Source of the DNA: Flectonema sp. DT1601
Taxonomy: Eukaryota
Direction: 5' to 3'
Length of the DNA stretch: 64,000 nt
Assembly (NCBI GenBank): GCA_964019425.1
Contig: OZ025796.1
Location: 1,364,001 to 1,428,000 of the forward strand
Each line of letters starts with the position of its first letter. Position 1 is the stretch's first letter. Below are positions 11,329-21,756 of this stretch, one piece after another. The notes below the pieces were generated by a model. It was not told the origin of the DNA. It saw nothing but the letters and a program-made list of their open reading frames with translations, and made no database searches. The position numbers and the translations under genes were made by a program.

Positions 11329-12997
11329 TCAGCGTAACGTAGTATAGTCAGCGTAACGTAGTATAGTCAGCGTAACGTAGTATAGTCAGCGTAACGTAGT
11401 ATAGTCAGCGTAACGTAGTATAGTCAGCGTAACGTAGTATAGTCAGCGTAACGTAGTATAGTCAGCGTAACGTAGTATAGTCAGCGTAACGTAGTATAGT
11501 CAGCGTAACGTAGTATAGTCAGCGTAACGTAGTATAGTCAGCGTAACGTAGTATAGTCAGCGTAACGTAGTATAGTCAGCGTAACGTAGTATAGTCAGCG
11601 TAACGTAGTATAGTCAGCGTAACGTAGTATAGTCAGCGTAACGTAGTATAGTCAGCGTAACGTAGTATAGTCAGCGTAACGTAGTATAGTCAGCGTAACG
11701 TAGTATAGTCAGCGTAACGTAGTATAGTCAGCGTAACGTAGTATGGTCAGCGTAACGTAGTATAGTCAGCGTAACGTAGTATAGTCAGCGTAACGTAGTA
11801 TAGTCAGCGTAACGTAGTATAGTCAGCGTAACGTAGTATAGTCAGCGTAACGTAGTATAGTCAGCGTAACGTAGTATAGTCAGCGTAACGTAGTATAGTC
11901 AGCGTAACGTAGTATAGTCAGCGTAACGTAGTATAGTCAGCGTAACGTAGTATAGTCAGCGTAACGTAGTATAGTCAGCGTAACGTAGTATAGTCAGCGT
12001 AACGTAGTATAGTCAGCGTAACGTAGTATAGTCAGCGTAACGTAGTATGGTCAGCGTAACGTAGTATAGTCAGCGTAACGTAGTATAGTCAGCGTAACGT
12101 AGTATGGTCAGCGTAACGTAGTATAGTCAGCGTAACGTAGTATAGTCAGCGTAACGTAGTATAGTCAGCGTAACGTAGTATAGTCAGCGTAACGTAGTAT
12201 AGTCAGCGTAACGTAGTATAGTCAGCGTAACGTAGTATAGTCAGCGTAACGTAGTATGGTCAGCGTAACGTAGTATAGTCAGCGTAACGTAGTATAGTCA
12301 GCGTAACGTAGTATAGTCAGCGTAACGTAGTATAGTCAGCGTAACGTAGTATAGTCAGCGTAACGTAGTATAGTCAGCGTAACGTAGTATAGTCAGCGTA
12401 ACGTAGTATAGTCAGCGTAACGTAGTATAGTCAGCGTAACGTAGTATGGTCAGCGTAACGTAGTATAGTCAGCGTAACGTAGTATAGTCAGCGTAACGTA
12501 GTATAGTCAGCGTAACGTAGTATAGTCAGCGTAACGTAGTATAGTCAGCGTAACGTAGTATAGTCAGCGTAACGTAGTATAGTCAGCGTAACGTAGTATA
12601 GTCAGCGTAACGTAGTATAGTCAGCGTAACGTAGTATAGTCAGCGTAACGTAGTATAGTCAGCGTAACGTAGTATAGTCAGCGTAACGTAGTATAGTCAG
12701 CGTAACGTAGTATAGTCAGCGTAACGTAGTATAGTCAGCGTAACGTAGTATGGTCAGCGTAACGTAGTATAGTCAGCGTAACGTAGTATAGTCAGCGTAA
12801 CGTAGTATGGTCAGCGTAACGTAGTATAGTCAGCGTAACGTAGTATAGTCAGCGTAACGTAGTATAGTCAGCGTAACGTAGTATAGTCAGCGTAACGTAG
12901 TATAGTCAGCGTAACGTAGTATAGTCAGCGTAACGTAGTATGGTCAGCGTAACGTAGTATAGTCAGCGTAACGTAGTATAGTCAGCGTATGGTCAGC
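11328..12997. repeat. 19-bp tandem minisatellite (GTCAGCGTAACGTAGTATA)n, ~88 units
   Basis: Directly visible near-perfect array with scattered A>G variant units. It is flanked by the direct repeat GTGTCAATA at 11319-11327 and 12998-13006. Confidence 0.98.
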
Positions 12998-13528
12998 GTG
13001 TCAATAATTATCGACACTGAAATAGTAATGTTTATATTATTCTGACAACATGCTCTTGTTGAGTTATGAACTCTATTGGGTTCTACATTAATAGTTTTAT
13101 CTCAACTAACAGCGGAAGTAACACTTGTTTCCCTTTTTGAGATTCCTGTTTGATATTACGGAGGGTCAGTTTCTACTGCTTCCGTCGTACATTAGTTTTG
13201 AAAAGTCTTTTAGAATAAATTCAAATTATTATTATTATTTGGGTTTTCAATTAGAGAAAAGAGGCATTCAGAACCTCCTTACTGTTTGTGTTGGTTGATC
13301 TTTATCAATAAAATAAAAATAAAAAATTGGTCTTTTTTGTTATTTTTTGTTATTTCTTGTGTTTCCTTTCCAAACACTTACACAGTTCTCTTGTAGAGAG
13401 CGACACTTATGACAGATAATGCTGCAGTAGTTAATGCAGCACTTCTGTTGATGGATTCCTGAAGTGTGTTTGTTTTGATAGTCTTCTGTTTGTTTGATTA
13501 TTTCTTCACTACAGGATTCGCTTTGTAA

Positions 13529-13584
13529 TAACCCGATGCTCTTTAGTTTGCTGTATCAGCGATGCGCGCAATGTATAGGACTTC
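13529..13584 (+). mobile_element. Relic of the LINE 3' UTR end
   Basis: aacccgatgctctttagtttgctgtatcagcgatgc...cgcaatgtataggacttc closely matches 44999-45058, the 3' end of the truncated LINE. Confidence 0.7.
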
Positions 13585-13774
13585 AGCCTCACTCACTTTG
13601 TTGGTATCCCGCGACTGTGTTAAATGGTAAAAGAAATAACCATGTTGACGTGGTTCCCTTGGCTGAGAAGGGCAAACGCGATGAGTAGGACAGGCCTGAC
13701 ACCGCAGTGTCCCCCTTGCTTTCTTCAAGAGGGCTGGGTAAGGGGAATGGTCCGAAGAAAGATTGTTTTTAATC

Positions 13775-13870
13775 TTAGCCCGAAACCAACTTGTTTGTTG
13801 TCCTACGAAATTTTGCCTTTTTTTTGATTGACTGATAATTATTAATACTATCTAATAGTACATGTGATGG
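13775..13870 (+). repeat. Dispersed repeat, second copy at ~17066-17190
   Basis: Both copies share ttagcccgaaacc...ttgtttgttgtcctacgaa.ttttgc...attgactgataa..attaat.cta. Confidence 0.7.
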
Positions 13871-13980
13871 ATTCATTACCTCTTCTTTTTTTGAATAAAG
13901 AAGATCGTTGTGTTTTTTAGTATTTTAATTATTTTTTTTTCCCCCAGAAAAATAAAAATAAATAAAATAATAATCAAAAC

Positions 13981-15567
13981 ATGGCACGAGGTGGATCCCT
14001 CACATGGTGGGAAGACATCCAGAGACTGATCTCACGCACGTCGTTTAGCTTGGTAGAGTTTGTTCCGTTCATCGTGATGCTATTTTATTTAATAACGTGT
14101 CCGTACACTAAAGTAGAAGAAAGCTTTGGAATGCAAGCAATACACGACATTCTCTATGAGAGAAATATAACAAATTTTGATCATTTGACTTACAGTGGAG
14201 TAGTACCTCGGTCATTTATTGGACCCTTGGGAGTCGCAGCAATCTCAGCCATTCCAGTTGGGGTTTGGGGAATAGTAACAACAAGCTGTACTAGAATTCA
14301 TGCTCTTTACATAACCAGAACTCTACTGGGAAGTCTTCACTGTTTGGGGTTGTTTCTAATCGGTCGAGAGACTCAGCGACTGTTTGGAAAAGGTGCTAAA
14401 ATCGCGTTTCTTCTGATTACTTCAGTTCAATTCCATGAACTGTTCTACGCGTCACGTCCCTTGGGTAATAGCTTCGCTTTTATTGGATTCTTATGCGGAT
14501 TTGCAATGCTCTTGGGAGGTGAACAACGACCTCGCAATGAAGCTATTCCAATACGACTTCGAGCATTTAAAATTCTCGCCTTCACTGCTACTGTTTTCAG
14601 AGCTGATTTAATAGTGTTAATATTTCCTTTGTTGGTATACTACCTCGCCTCTCAGAAGCTTCCTTTTATGGACACATGTAGAGTTGGAATAGTGACGGGG
14701 TTGAAGTCTGTTTGTTTTTCTTTTATAATCGATTCGATATTTTGGGGAAGACCTGTTTGGCCTGAAGGAGAAGTTTTATACTTCAACGTGGTCCTAAATA
14801 AATCACATGAATGGGGGGTAATGCCGTATCATTGGTACTTCACCAGTGCTTTACCGAAGAGTTTGTTATTGTCGTATTTGGTATTCCCAATTGCAGCCTA
14901 TTCGGTAAAAGATCTACGGCCGTTTGCGATATCAGTTATTTGTTATCTTTTAATGTATAGTGTACTTCCTCATAAGGAATTGAGATTCGTGTTTTATGCT
15001 ATTCCTGTTGTTAATTTGGTTGTGGCGGTGTTTTTGAATAGGTTTGTTGCTGGGATTGTGAAGTTGGGAAGTTCATCTGCGATAATAATGAAATTAGTGA
15101 TAGCGGCTGGTGGACTCGCATGCTTTACTGTTTCCACAGTGTTGTTAACTGTGTCATCAGCTAACTACCCTGGTGGTGAAGCTTTATGGAAATTACATGA
15201 CATCAGACCAAAGGGAGGAACAGTTCATATTGACGTCCCTCCTTCAATGGCTGGGGTTACTCGATTTCAAAAAAATATTTGTGGTAATTGGAAATACAAT
15301 AAAACTCCGGGTCTAATGATTGATCAGTCTTCAGGTAAGCCGGTTGACTTCCACGTCACGTTCGATCCAGCTAACTACACTTCTCAAGGATATCGACCAA
15401 TTCTAAATATCACTTCATTCATCTCAGCTGACATGCCCAGGATTATGAGTCTTGATCTGTGGCCTCTTCCGGTTGTTTATAACACTACTGCTTACGTTGT
15501 TGAGATTAGTAGTACGGCATCATCTCAATTTCAAAGATACGTGACGGGAAATGAATTGGGATCGTGA
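13981..15567 (+). CDS. ALG12: Dol-P-Man:Man7GlcNAc2-PP-Dol alpha-1,6-mannosyltransferase (GT22)
   Basis: CPYTKVEESFGMQAIHD, GVVPRSFIG, WPEGEVLYFN, PHKELRF and NYPGG motifs in a multi-TM protein. Confidence 0.93.
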   Translation: MARGGSLTWWEDIQRLISRTSFSLVEFVPFIVMLFYLITCPYTKVEESFGMQAIHDILYERNITNFDHLTYSGVVPRSFIGPLGVAAISAIPVGVWGIVTTSCTRIHALYITRTLLGSLHCLGLFLIGRETQRLFGKGAKIAFLLITSVQFHELFYASRPLGNSFAFIGFLCGFAMLLGGEQRPRNEAIPIRLRAFKILAFTATVFRADLIVLIFPLLVYYLASQKLPFMDTCRVGIVTGLKSVCFSFIIDSIFWGRPVWPEGEVLYFNVVLNKSHEWGVMPYHWYFTSALPKSLLLSYLVFPIAAYSVKDLRPFAISVICYLLMYSVLPHKELRFVFYAIPVVNLVVAVFLNRFVAGIVKLGSSSAIIMKLVIAAGGLACFTVSTVLLTVSSANYPGGEALWKLHDIRPKGGTVHIDVPPSMAGVTRFQKNICGNWKYNKTPGLMIDQSSGKPVDFHVTFDPANYTSQGYRPILNITSFISADMPRIMSLDLWPLPVVYNTTAYVVEISSTASSQFQRYVTGNELGS

Positions 15568-15665
15568 GACTTCTTTAAGATGGTTAAGATAACTTTAACA
15601 TAATCAGATATTTATAAGTCTACGAACTGAACTTTTGGATCTCACCTCTGAGAGAGAGTTCAGTA

Positions 15666-15666
15666 G

Positions 15667-15704
<38 letters not shown>
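15666..15704. repeat. (TTG)n microsatellite
   Basis: Directly visible. Confidence 0.9.
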
Positions 15705-15705
<1 letters not shown>

Positions 15706-16389
15706 GGACATCAGTTTGTCGTCACTTTAGCAAATTCGTTAATATCGGGCTTCGTTTATTTATTTATTTCTTTTTTTTTTTTTTCCAACTTTCTTCTATT
15801 TTCTTTCTTATTGAGCTGTTTGTCAAAAAAAAAAGAAAAGAATTTATCGCAAACACCTACTTCGAATATGTTGGGTACGCGCAATCCTTTTTTTTTATAA
15901 TTATTTTCATGTTGGGATCGTAAGATGGCTGTGCTATCTGATCCAACTGCCAAATTAATCAGAGATTGTTTGAGAAATGTTTGAACCCTTTAATTTAAGT
16001 TTTTTTAAAAAAAAAAAAAAGAAAAATTTAAATTTTTCTTTTTTTTGACGGAATTGGTTTCAATTCGCACATGAAGTTAGAAATATTGGCTGCAGCTAAT
16101 TCTGTTTTTTTTTCACCCCCCTCCTTTTCTTCCCCTTTGTTTGTTTCTTTTTTTCTTTCTTAACTATTTATAATAGTTGACAGCGGACACACTAATGGGC
16201 AGCTGTTCTCGCAGTTGCAGTTTATGAATGAAGTTCAAGTTTAATGTTAGACAGGTCACCCCACTACGCGCGGTAGATGGGGGACCGCAAAACAGTTTTA
16301 CCTGCTCTTGGGATTGTTTCCAGAAAAAATAATATCGGTCCTCTTAGCCAGCCAACCAAGGCCAGCTGACTAACAGAATTCAACTTTGG

Positions 16390-16421
16390 TAATGATCCTG
16401 CTGCAGGTTCACCTACGGCAA
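16390..16421 (-). rRNA. Isolated fragment of the 18S rRNA 3' terminus (pseudogenic), possibly followed by ITS1 toward ~16250
   Basis: The reverse complement TTGCCGTAGGTGAACCTGCAGCAGGATCATTA matches the conserved SSU 3' end. The rest of the 18S gene is absent. Confidence 0.75.
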
Positions 16422-17179
16422 TGGTGTATTGAGGCTTCGTGTATAAATGAATAAAATAATTGCGAAAAAGTTGATCGATTTTTGCAACACAAAAAAAAAC
16501 AAAGTCTCGTTGTTTCTTCATTCAGGGGGTTTTATTTTTTTCTTCTTTTTTTTTTCTTTTTATGCCTTTCAACGCGCGTACGGACAAACCGGAATTCTGA
16601 CTTCAAGAACAACATCAACACAAAAACACTACCACACGATGGTTCCCAACGTAGGGCCTCTTCCCTATGAGAAGGAATCAATGTAGTAGCCCTTCGTGGG
16701 AGACAGGAATAATATCTTGTTTTTGTTGGTTTTTTCCCCCTCTTATTTTACTTTTTTTGCATTTTCGTTGGGAGAAGAAACTATTTATTTTGTGCGCCAT
16801 TACTGTCTTCGATCAACAAAAGTATAAAGTTTCATCTAAAATTGTTTTAATAATTCAACTGTTTGGTAATCAATTTACCTGCAAAGGGGAAGGTGGGGTC
16901 TCGCTGGTAGTAACACTTTTCACCTTCTTATCGTCGTCTGTTTGCTTCATTTAATTCGTCAGTCACTAATTACACTCGTCCTGTCTTCCCCCTTGTTAGT
17001 CCCATCCTTCAATTGGTACTCGGCAGTATGTCGGACTTGCTAACTAAATAGTCCATGTGGTTGTTTTAGCCCGAAACCCAACCATTGTTTGTTTGTTGTC
17101 CTACGAATTTTTGCATTTGATTGAAATTTTTGTTGTTATTTTTACTAACTATTTAATTGACTGATAACCATTAATTCTA

Positions 17180-17400
17180 ACTAGTCCGCGTGTTCATCAG
17201 ATCGGTTCTAAAGTTAAGAACTACTTTTGAAAACTGATTTGCAAAAAATTTGGAATAAAGTCCCCTGCTGAAGGCCAAAAAGGGACAAGTAGTATAAGAT
17301 TATGACCTGCTATGAAACTACGTATTCCACAAGTGTTATACAGAACGGTAGAACAATTTATTTGATGTTTTCACTTATCTTTATTTTTCTCAAATTCAAT
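17180..17400 (+). mobile_element. Degenerate copy of the Penelope-like element 3' UTR with a decayed hammerhead
   Basis: tggaat..gtccc..ctgctgaaggcc..agggacaagtagtataagatta..gaaactacgtattccaca matches 48896-48981. Confidence 0.8.
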
Positions 17401-18107
17401 TTTTTAATAATCTCATCCAGCTAACCAAGTAGTCGTTGTGATCGTCAGATGCCTTCAGTCGATTACCTAATCGTTTCGGCATCCCTCAAGGGACTTAATT
17501 TTTATGCAATCTTTTTTTTTAAAGAAAAGCAACGTTTGCTATGAACGAACGCTTTGCTGTTATCTTTTTTTCTTCATGACCTTTTAACATAGATGTTGGA
17601 ACGCAAATAAAGTGTGGTGAGTGTGAGCAGTAAAAAACGATTCTTATTAGTAAACGTCTCACGTTTCATTGTTTTTTTTTTTATTCTTTTTTTTTTTCTT
17701 CATAAGGGATGTTGCTAACCTGACTATATTATTCGTAAAAAAACAAAAACAAAAAATAAAAAAAAAAATATGAAGCATTGAGATCGTTTTATTTTATTAT
17801 TTTTTTCCTTCCTGCCGTTTCTTTCTTTTCATAAAATCAGTTTCGAGAAATTTTGTCACCACTTTCTGCATCTCTACAGTAGTAATGCTTCTATTTAATT
17901 TTCCAGATAAACACCTCACTTCAATGAAATATTTTACGATGTAAATACTCATTTTATAATTCAGGTCATTCTACGTCTCTTATCGTCTGTGAGAGTCTCA
18001 CGGTTGGCTGGTAGCGATATAACTGTTGCCTTTTGGCTCCTTAGGCTTCGCAAATAAATAAAATAAAAAATATTAATTTTATCAGAAAAAAAAAAAAACT
18101 TAAATTA

Positions 18108-19139
18108 ATGTCAAACCTTGGTCAGGTAACATGTCAGGCATGTGTTGTTGATCAGTACACAGTTGATGATATTTTGTTTGATAAGTTCCTAAAAGGATTT
18201 ACGGTAGAGAGAGTTGTTGCTCACAGCGCTGAACAGAATATCGACGTATCTCGTGAAGACATTCACGATCACTATAGAATATTTAATTATTTGTTACATT
18301 ATCTTCATAATCCTGCTTTGTTTTTACGAAGTTGTCCAGTTCCACTACAACCAGAAGTCAGAGTGTCGATGGTGACTAAGTTTTATCAACTTGATCCTCG
18401 TCTTTGTAGCGACATTTACGGAAAGCGTGTTAAAGACGTTCGAGTAAAGAGCAGCGAGCACTCAATTCAAATTGAGAATGTTCGTTTAGTTTATAAACAA
18501 CTTGTAAAAGAGAGCACTGACGACACATTAAATATTTGTGACACCGCGAGAGAACTCTTTCAACTACCCAGCCAATTGGCTTTAACTTATTCGGTGTTGT
18601 GTTTTGGGTGTAAATGGGTTATTTCAAACGAAAAATTAAAAAAACCACTTTCATGGGATCACATTCAAGCAATCACTAGTGAGATTATGAACCATTGGAC
18701 TAACGGAACAATAAACTTATCATCGTCTATGGTTGAGGATTTAAAACTTTATAAACACGCAGTAAAAGATCAAACATTGGATGCCTATGGCAATCATTTG
18801 GTACAGCAGCTAACTGCAGGTGGTCCGCGGGCTACTCAGCTCCCAGCAAAAACACAAAAAACAGTTCGTTCAGCTCTGCAACAACTTCTCCGACTCGGAT
18901 CCACTCTTTCTGGAAAGCTCAGCTCTATTTTAGTAGCAGTGGAACATTTACTTGAAGGGACTCAAAATCTTGAAGGGCTTCCTCAGGGAGGTCTTCTCAT
19001 ACTTGAAGGCCTTTGTTCAATATCTGTCACTGATCGAAGTGGTAAACGAGGTCGAGAGATCACAGCAAAGATGAAGTCATCGTGGCTACAATTTATTAAA
19101 GTGATTCTAGTCATCGGGAAGTCTATTGCTAATACTTGA
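18108..19139 (+). CDS. FIBP: FIBP-like protein (acidic FGF intracellular binding protein family)
   Basis: DIHDHYRIFNYLLHYLHNP...FYQLD...IYGKR...QIENVRLVYK...FQLPSQLALTY parallels the FIBP family pattern as I recall it. Confidence 0.7.
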   Translation: MSNLGQVTCQACVVDQYTVDDILFDKFLKGFTVERVVAHSAEQNIDVSREDIHDHYRIFNYLLHYLHNPALFLRSCPVPLQPEVRVSMVTKFYQLDPRLCSDIYGKRVKDVRVKSSEHSIQIENVRLVYKQLVKESTDDTLNICDTARELFQLPSQLALTYSVLCFGCKWVISNEKLKKPLSWDHIQAITSEIMNHWTNGTINLSSSMVEDLKLYKHAVKDQTLDAYGNHLVQQLTAGGPRATQLPAKTQKTVRSALQQLLRLGSTLSGKLSSILVAVEHLLEGTQNLEGLPQGGLLILEGLCSISVTDRSGKRGREITAKMKSSWLQFIKVILVIGKSIANT

Positions 19140-19381
19140 GTCCTGTGACACTTTCATCACCTCACCTCACTTTTATATAGTGATCTAATTGCTTTACTTG
19201 CCCTCTTAAAATAAGTTTCGATTTGTTTTGTAGATTCGTTCTCAGAATATAACAAAAAAAGTATTTTGTCTGAAGTTACTTTTACAAAACAGTACAATAT
19301 GCGTCTGACTGCCAGGAGGGCCTTAATGATTCTAAGAAGTCTTCATAAATAATAATTCTTATCAGAGAATCATTGCTTAAT

Positions 19382-20434
19382 ATGACTGGTGTTAATCAAG
19401 AAATGAAGATTCACAAATTACGATCAACATCCCCCAACGATGTCTCAAACAAACCCATCTCTGGGATCGCAATGAGCAGTCGCAACAACGGAATGATTGT
19501 GAGCTGGAGTGGCAACACACTTCATCTTTGGGGATATCCACAGATGCTTTTAATCTCAAAAATTGAATGCTGTGAGGGGATCGAACTGGTTGCTATCGAA
19601 AAAAAGATAGCGGTACTGCTTAAAAATGGTGTACTTCAGGTATTTGATCTATCACTGAAGGAGGAAAAGACTCACAGTAGCCTCACTCGATATCAGACGG
19701 AGAGTTGTCAGGCGAGTGTTGTTGCCTTTTCGGGACCACAGGTTGTACTTTTTGGTTATAGAAAATCGTTAATTCAGCTGTATAACTTTGAGTCTGAACT
19801 TACTGTTGCTCATGATGTGTCTGGAGGCAGTTCAGTCTGCATGCTGACTCGCGATCACACTCATCGAACTCTTCTTGGCTCTGTTGAGGGTCAAGTTCAC
19901 CTCTTAACCCAATCAGCTTTATTAGATTCAATTTCTATTTCTGACAACATCATCACCAGCTGCTCTCTTGCCAGCAGTGGTAGCGTAGCTGTTTGTGTCA
20001 GCGGAGGTGTTCTTTTTGTTATAAATATTAAGAAAGATGTATTTGTAAAGTCTTCAAAGAAAAGTATAAATACGCGCCATACGTTTTCTAGAGTTTCCTG
20101 TTCGTCAGATGGAAACTTACTTCTTGTTGTTTCTGAGAGAACACTTCAAGTGATTAGGGTTTCTAACTTGCGTCGTAATTTTACTGTGGAAGCGAAGTTT
20201 AGTGATCCTGAGTCTTCGGTATCAGATTCATTGTTTGTACCGCACCTGATTCATGTTCAACATCACCTTCTTAAAGACCCCGACTACAGAAGCTCTGTTG
20301 TGTACTCAGCTGGTAGTAGAATTCAAGCCTTAGAAGTTTGTGATCCGAATCATATGTTGTGGTCTAAGGCAGTCCTCATCAGTACTTTAATGTTGATATT
20401 CATAGCAGCCTTGTTTGCGATAATTACTCCCTGA
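19382..20434 (+). CDS. WD40/beta-propeller-like protein with a C-terminal TM anchor
   Basis: Beta-strand-rich repeats (VSWSGNTLHLW, GSVEGQVHLL, SCSSDGNLLLV) and a hydrophobic tail AVLISTLMLIFIAALFAIITP. Confidence 0.6.
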   Translation: MTGVNQEMKIHKLRSTSPNDVSNKPISGIAMSSRNNGMIVSWSGNTLHLWGYPQMLLISKIECCEGIELVAIEKKIAVLLKNGVLQVFDLSLKEEKTHSSLTRYQTESCQASVVAFSGPQVVLFGYRKSLIQLYNFESELTVAHDVSGGSSVCMLTRDHTHRTLLGSVEGQVHLLTQSALLDSISISDNIITSCSLASSGSVAVCVSGGVLFVINIKKDVFVKSSKKSINTRHTFSRVSCSSDGNLLLVVSERTLQVIRVSNLRRNFTVEAKFSDPESSVSDSLFVPHLIHVQHHLLKDPDYRSSVVYSAGSRIQALEVCDPNHMLWSKAVLISTLMLIFIAALFAIITP

Positions 20435-20742
20435 GATGGGTTGAAGAATAGTTGGTATTCACATTATACTGCATCCACGAGTTGGATTGCTGCTGCTTGC
20501 TAAGGAACTAATTCCCTTCAATTAAAAAAAAAATAATTTACCCGATTCTACTCTTTTAAGTTCGACACATTATAACAATTTAGTTTTTCTGTTTTTTGTT
20601 TTGTTTTTGAGAATTTTATTTTCATTCTTTCAACAGGTTGTCGTGAGATGAAAGACGATCACAGCAATCTGAAGATGTTATTGAGGTCACTTGTCGTAAA
20701 GTATTACTATTTTAAGATTCCAGCAGACAATAAAAACATAAA

Positions 20743-21276
20743 ATGACAACACCAATTCGTAGGAAGATACCAGCTGGCAACACTAACAAGATGATAAACA
20801 GAATTCACAGTGGAATGTGCATCTCAGAACTGACTGCTGTTGGAACAGCTTTCTTACCTTATCGAAATGATGAGGTTCGTGAAATGGAATCAAAGTCAAG
20901 ACATATTGAAGCCAATCCAGCGGATGTCATCTCTGCAGCTGTTTTGGATAAAGTCGAAGATCTGATGGCGGCATTAAAAGGAGAGCTGAAAATATTTAAA
21001 GGAATCAAAGTTCTCGAATCTCCCTGGAAAGATCTCCTCTCTCGCACTAAGAGATGCCACAGTCTACTGACATCTAATCGATCGATGCCAAAGAGAGCTG
21101 ACCCAACAACACATAAAGCGTATACCTTACAACAGTTTTATGATTTCTATGGACTTAAAAAAGGAGAACACATTTGGAATAAGTCTGAAGAAGTCACCAG
21201 GTGCCCAGCTTGTCAAAAAAACTTCCTAAGTAAGAAGCTCACTAAACACGTTGCTAGTTGTATTCAATCTCCGTAA
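20743..21276 (+). CDS. Hypothetical protein with a C-terminal C2HC zinc finger
   Basis: CPACQKNFLSKKLTKHVASC, preceded by an RxDPxxxxAYTxxxFxxFYG...W motif. Confidence 0.7.
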   Translation: MTTPIRRKIPAGNTNKMINRIHSGMCISELTAVGTAFLPYRNDEVREMESKSRHIEANPADVISAAVLDKVEDLMAALKGELKIFKGIKVLESPWKDLLSRTKRCHSLLTSNRSMPKRADPTTHKAYTLQQFYDFYGLKKGEHIWNKSEEVTRCPACQKNFLSKKLTKHVASCIQSP

Positions 21277-21334
21277 GTAGTCATTTCGTACTTTCTGTAG
21301 ACTTGGTTAGAATTTAGACCATCTTTGTAAAAAG

Positions 21335-21530
21335 AGAGCTGAAAATATTTAAAGGAATCAAAGTTCTCGAATCTCCCTGGAAAGATCTCCTCTCTCGCAC
21401 TGAGAGATGCCACAGTCTACTAAAAAAACTTCCAAAGTAAGAAGCTCACTAAACACGTTGCTAGCTGTATTCAATCTCCGTAAGTAGTCATTTCGTACTT
21501 TCTGTAGACTTGTTGTAGACTTGGTTAGAA
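21335..21530 (+). pseudogene. Partial tandem duplicate of the 3' part of the 20743-21276 gene, with an internal deletion
   Basis: Near-identical to ~20981-21068 joined directly to ~21215-21312. Confidence 0.85.
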
Positions 21531-21756
21531 TTCAAACCCTTCTTCTGTTTTCTTTTGTATTTTTGTTAAAAAAAAAAAAAAAAAAGAATCTTTTAAAAGC
21601 GTGTCACGCGACACTTTGTATCTCATTTCTTTAGATTATTATTTGTTGATTACTAGTGAGGGATTGTAATTATCACATCTTAAGTTACACAGCACAGAAC
21701 CATAAATAGATGTGAACCTGTTAAATAATATTCCCTTTCAGCAATAACATAATTAT

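Noticed and set aside
11328..12997. CRISPR array
   Set aside because: The units are contiguous identical 19-mers with no unique spacers, there are no cas genes, and the context is eukaryotic.
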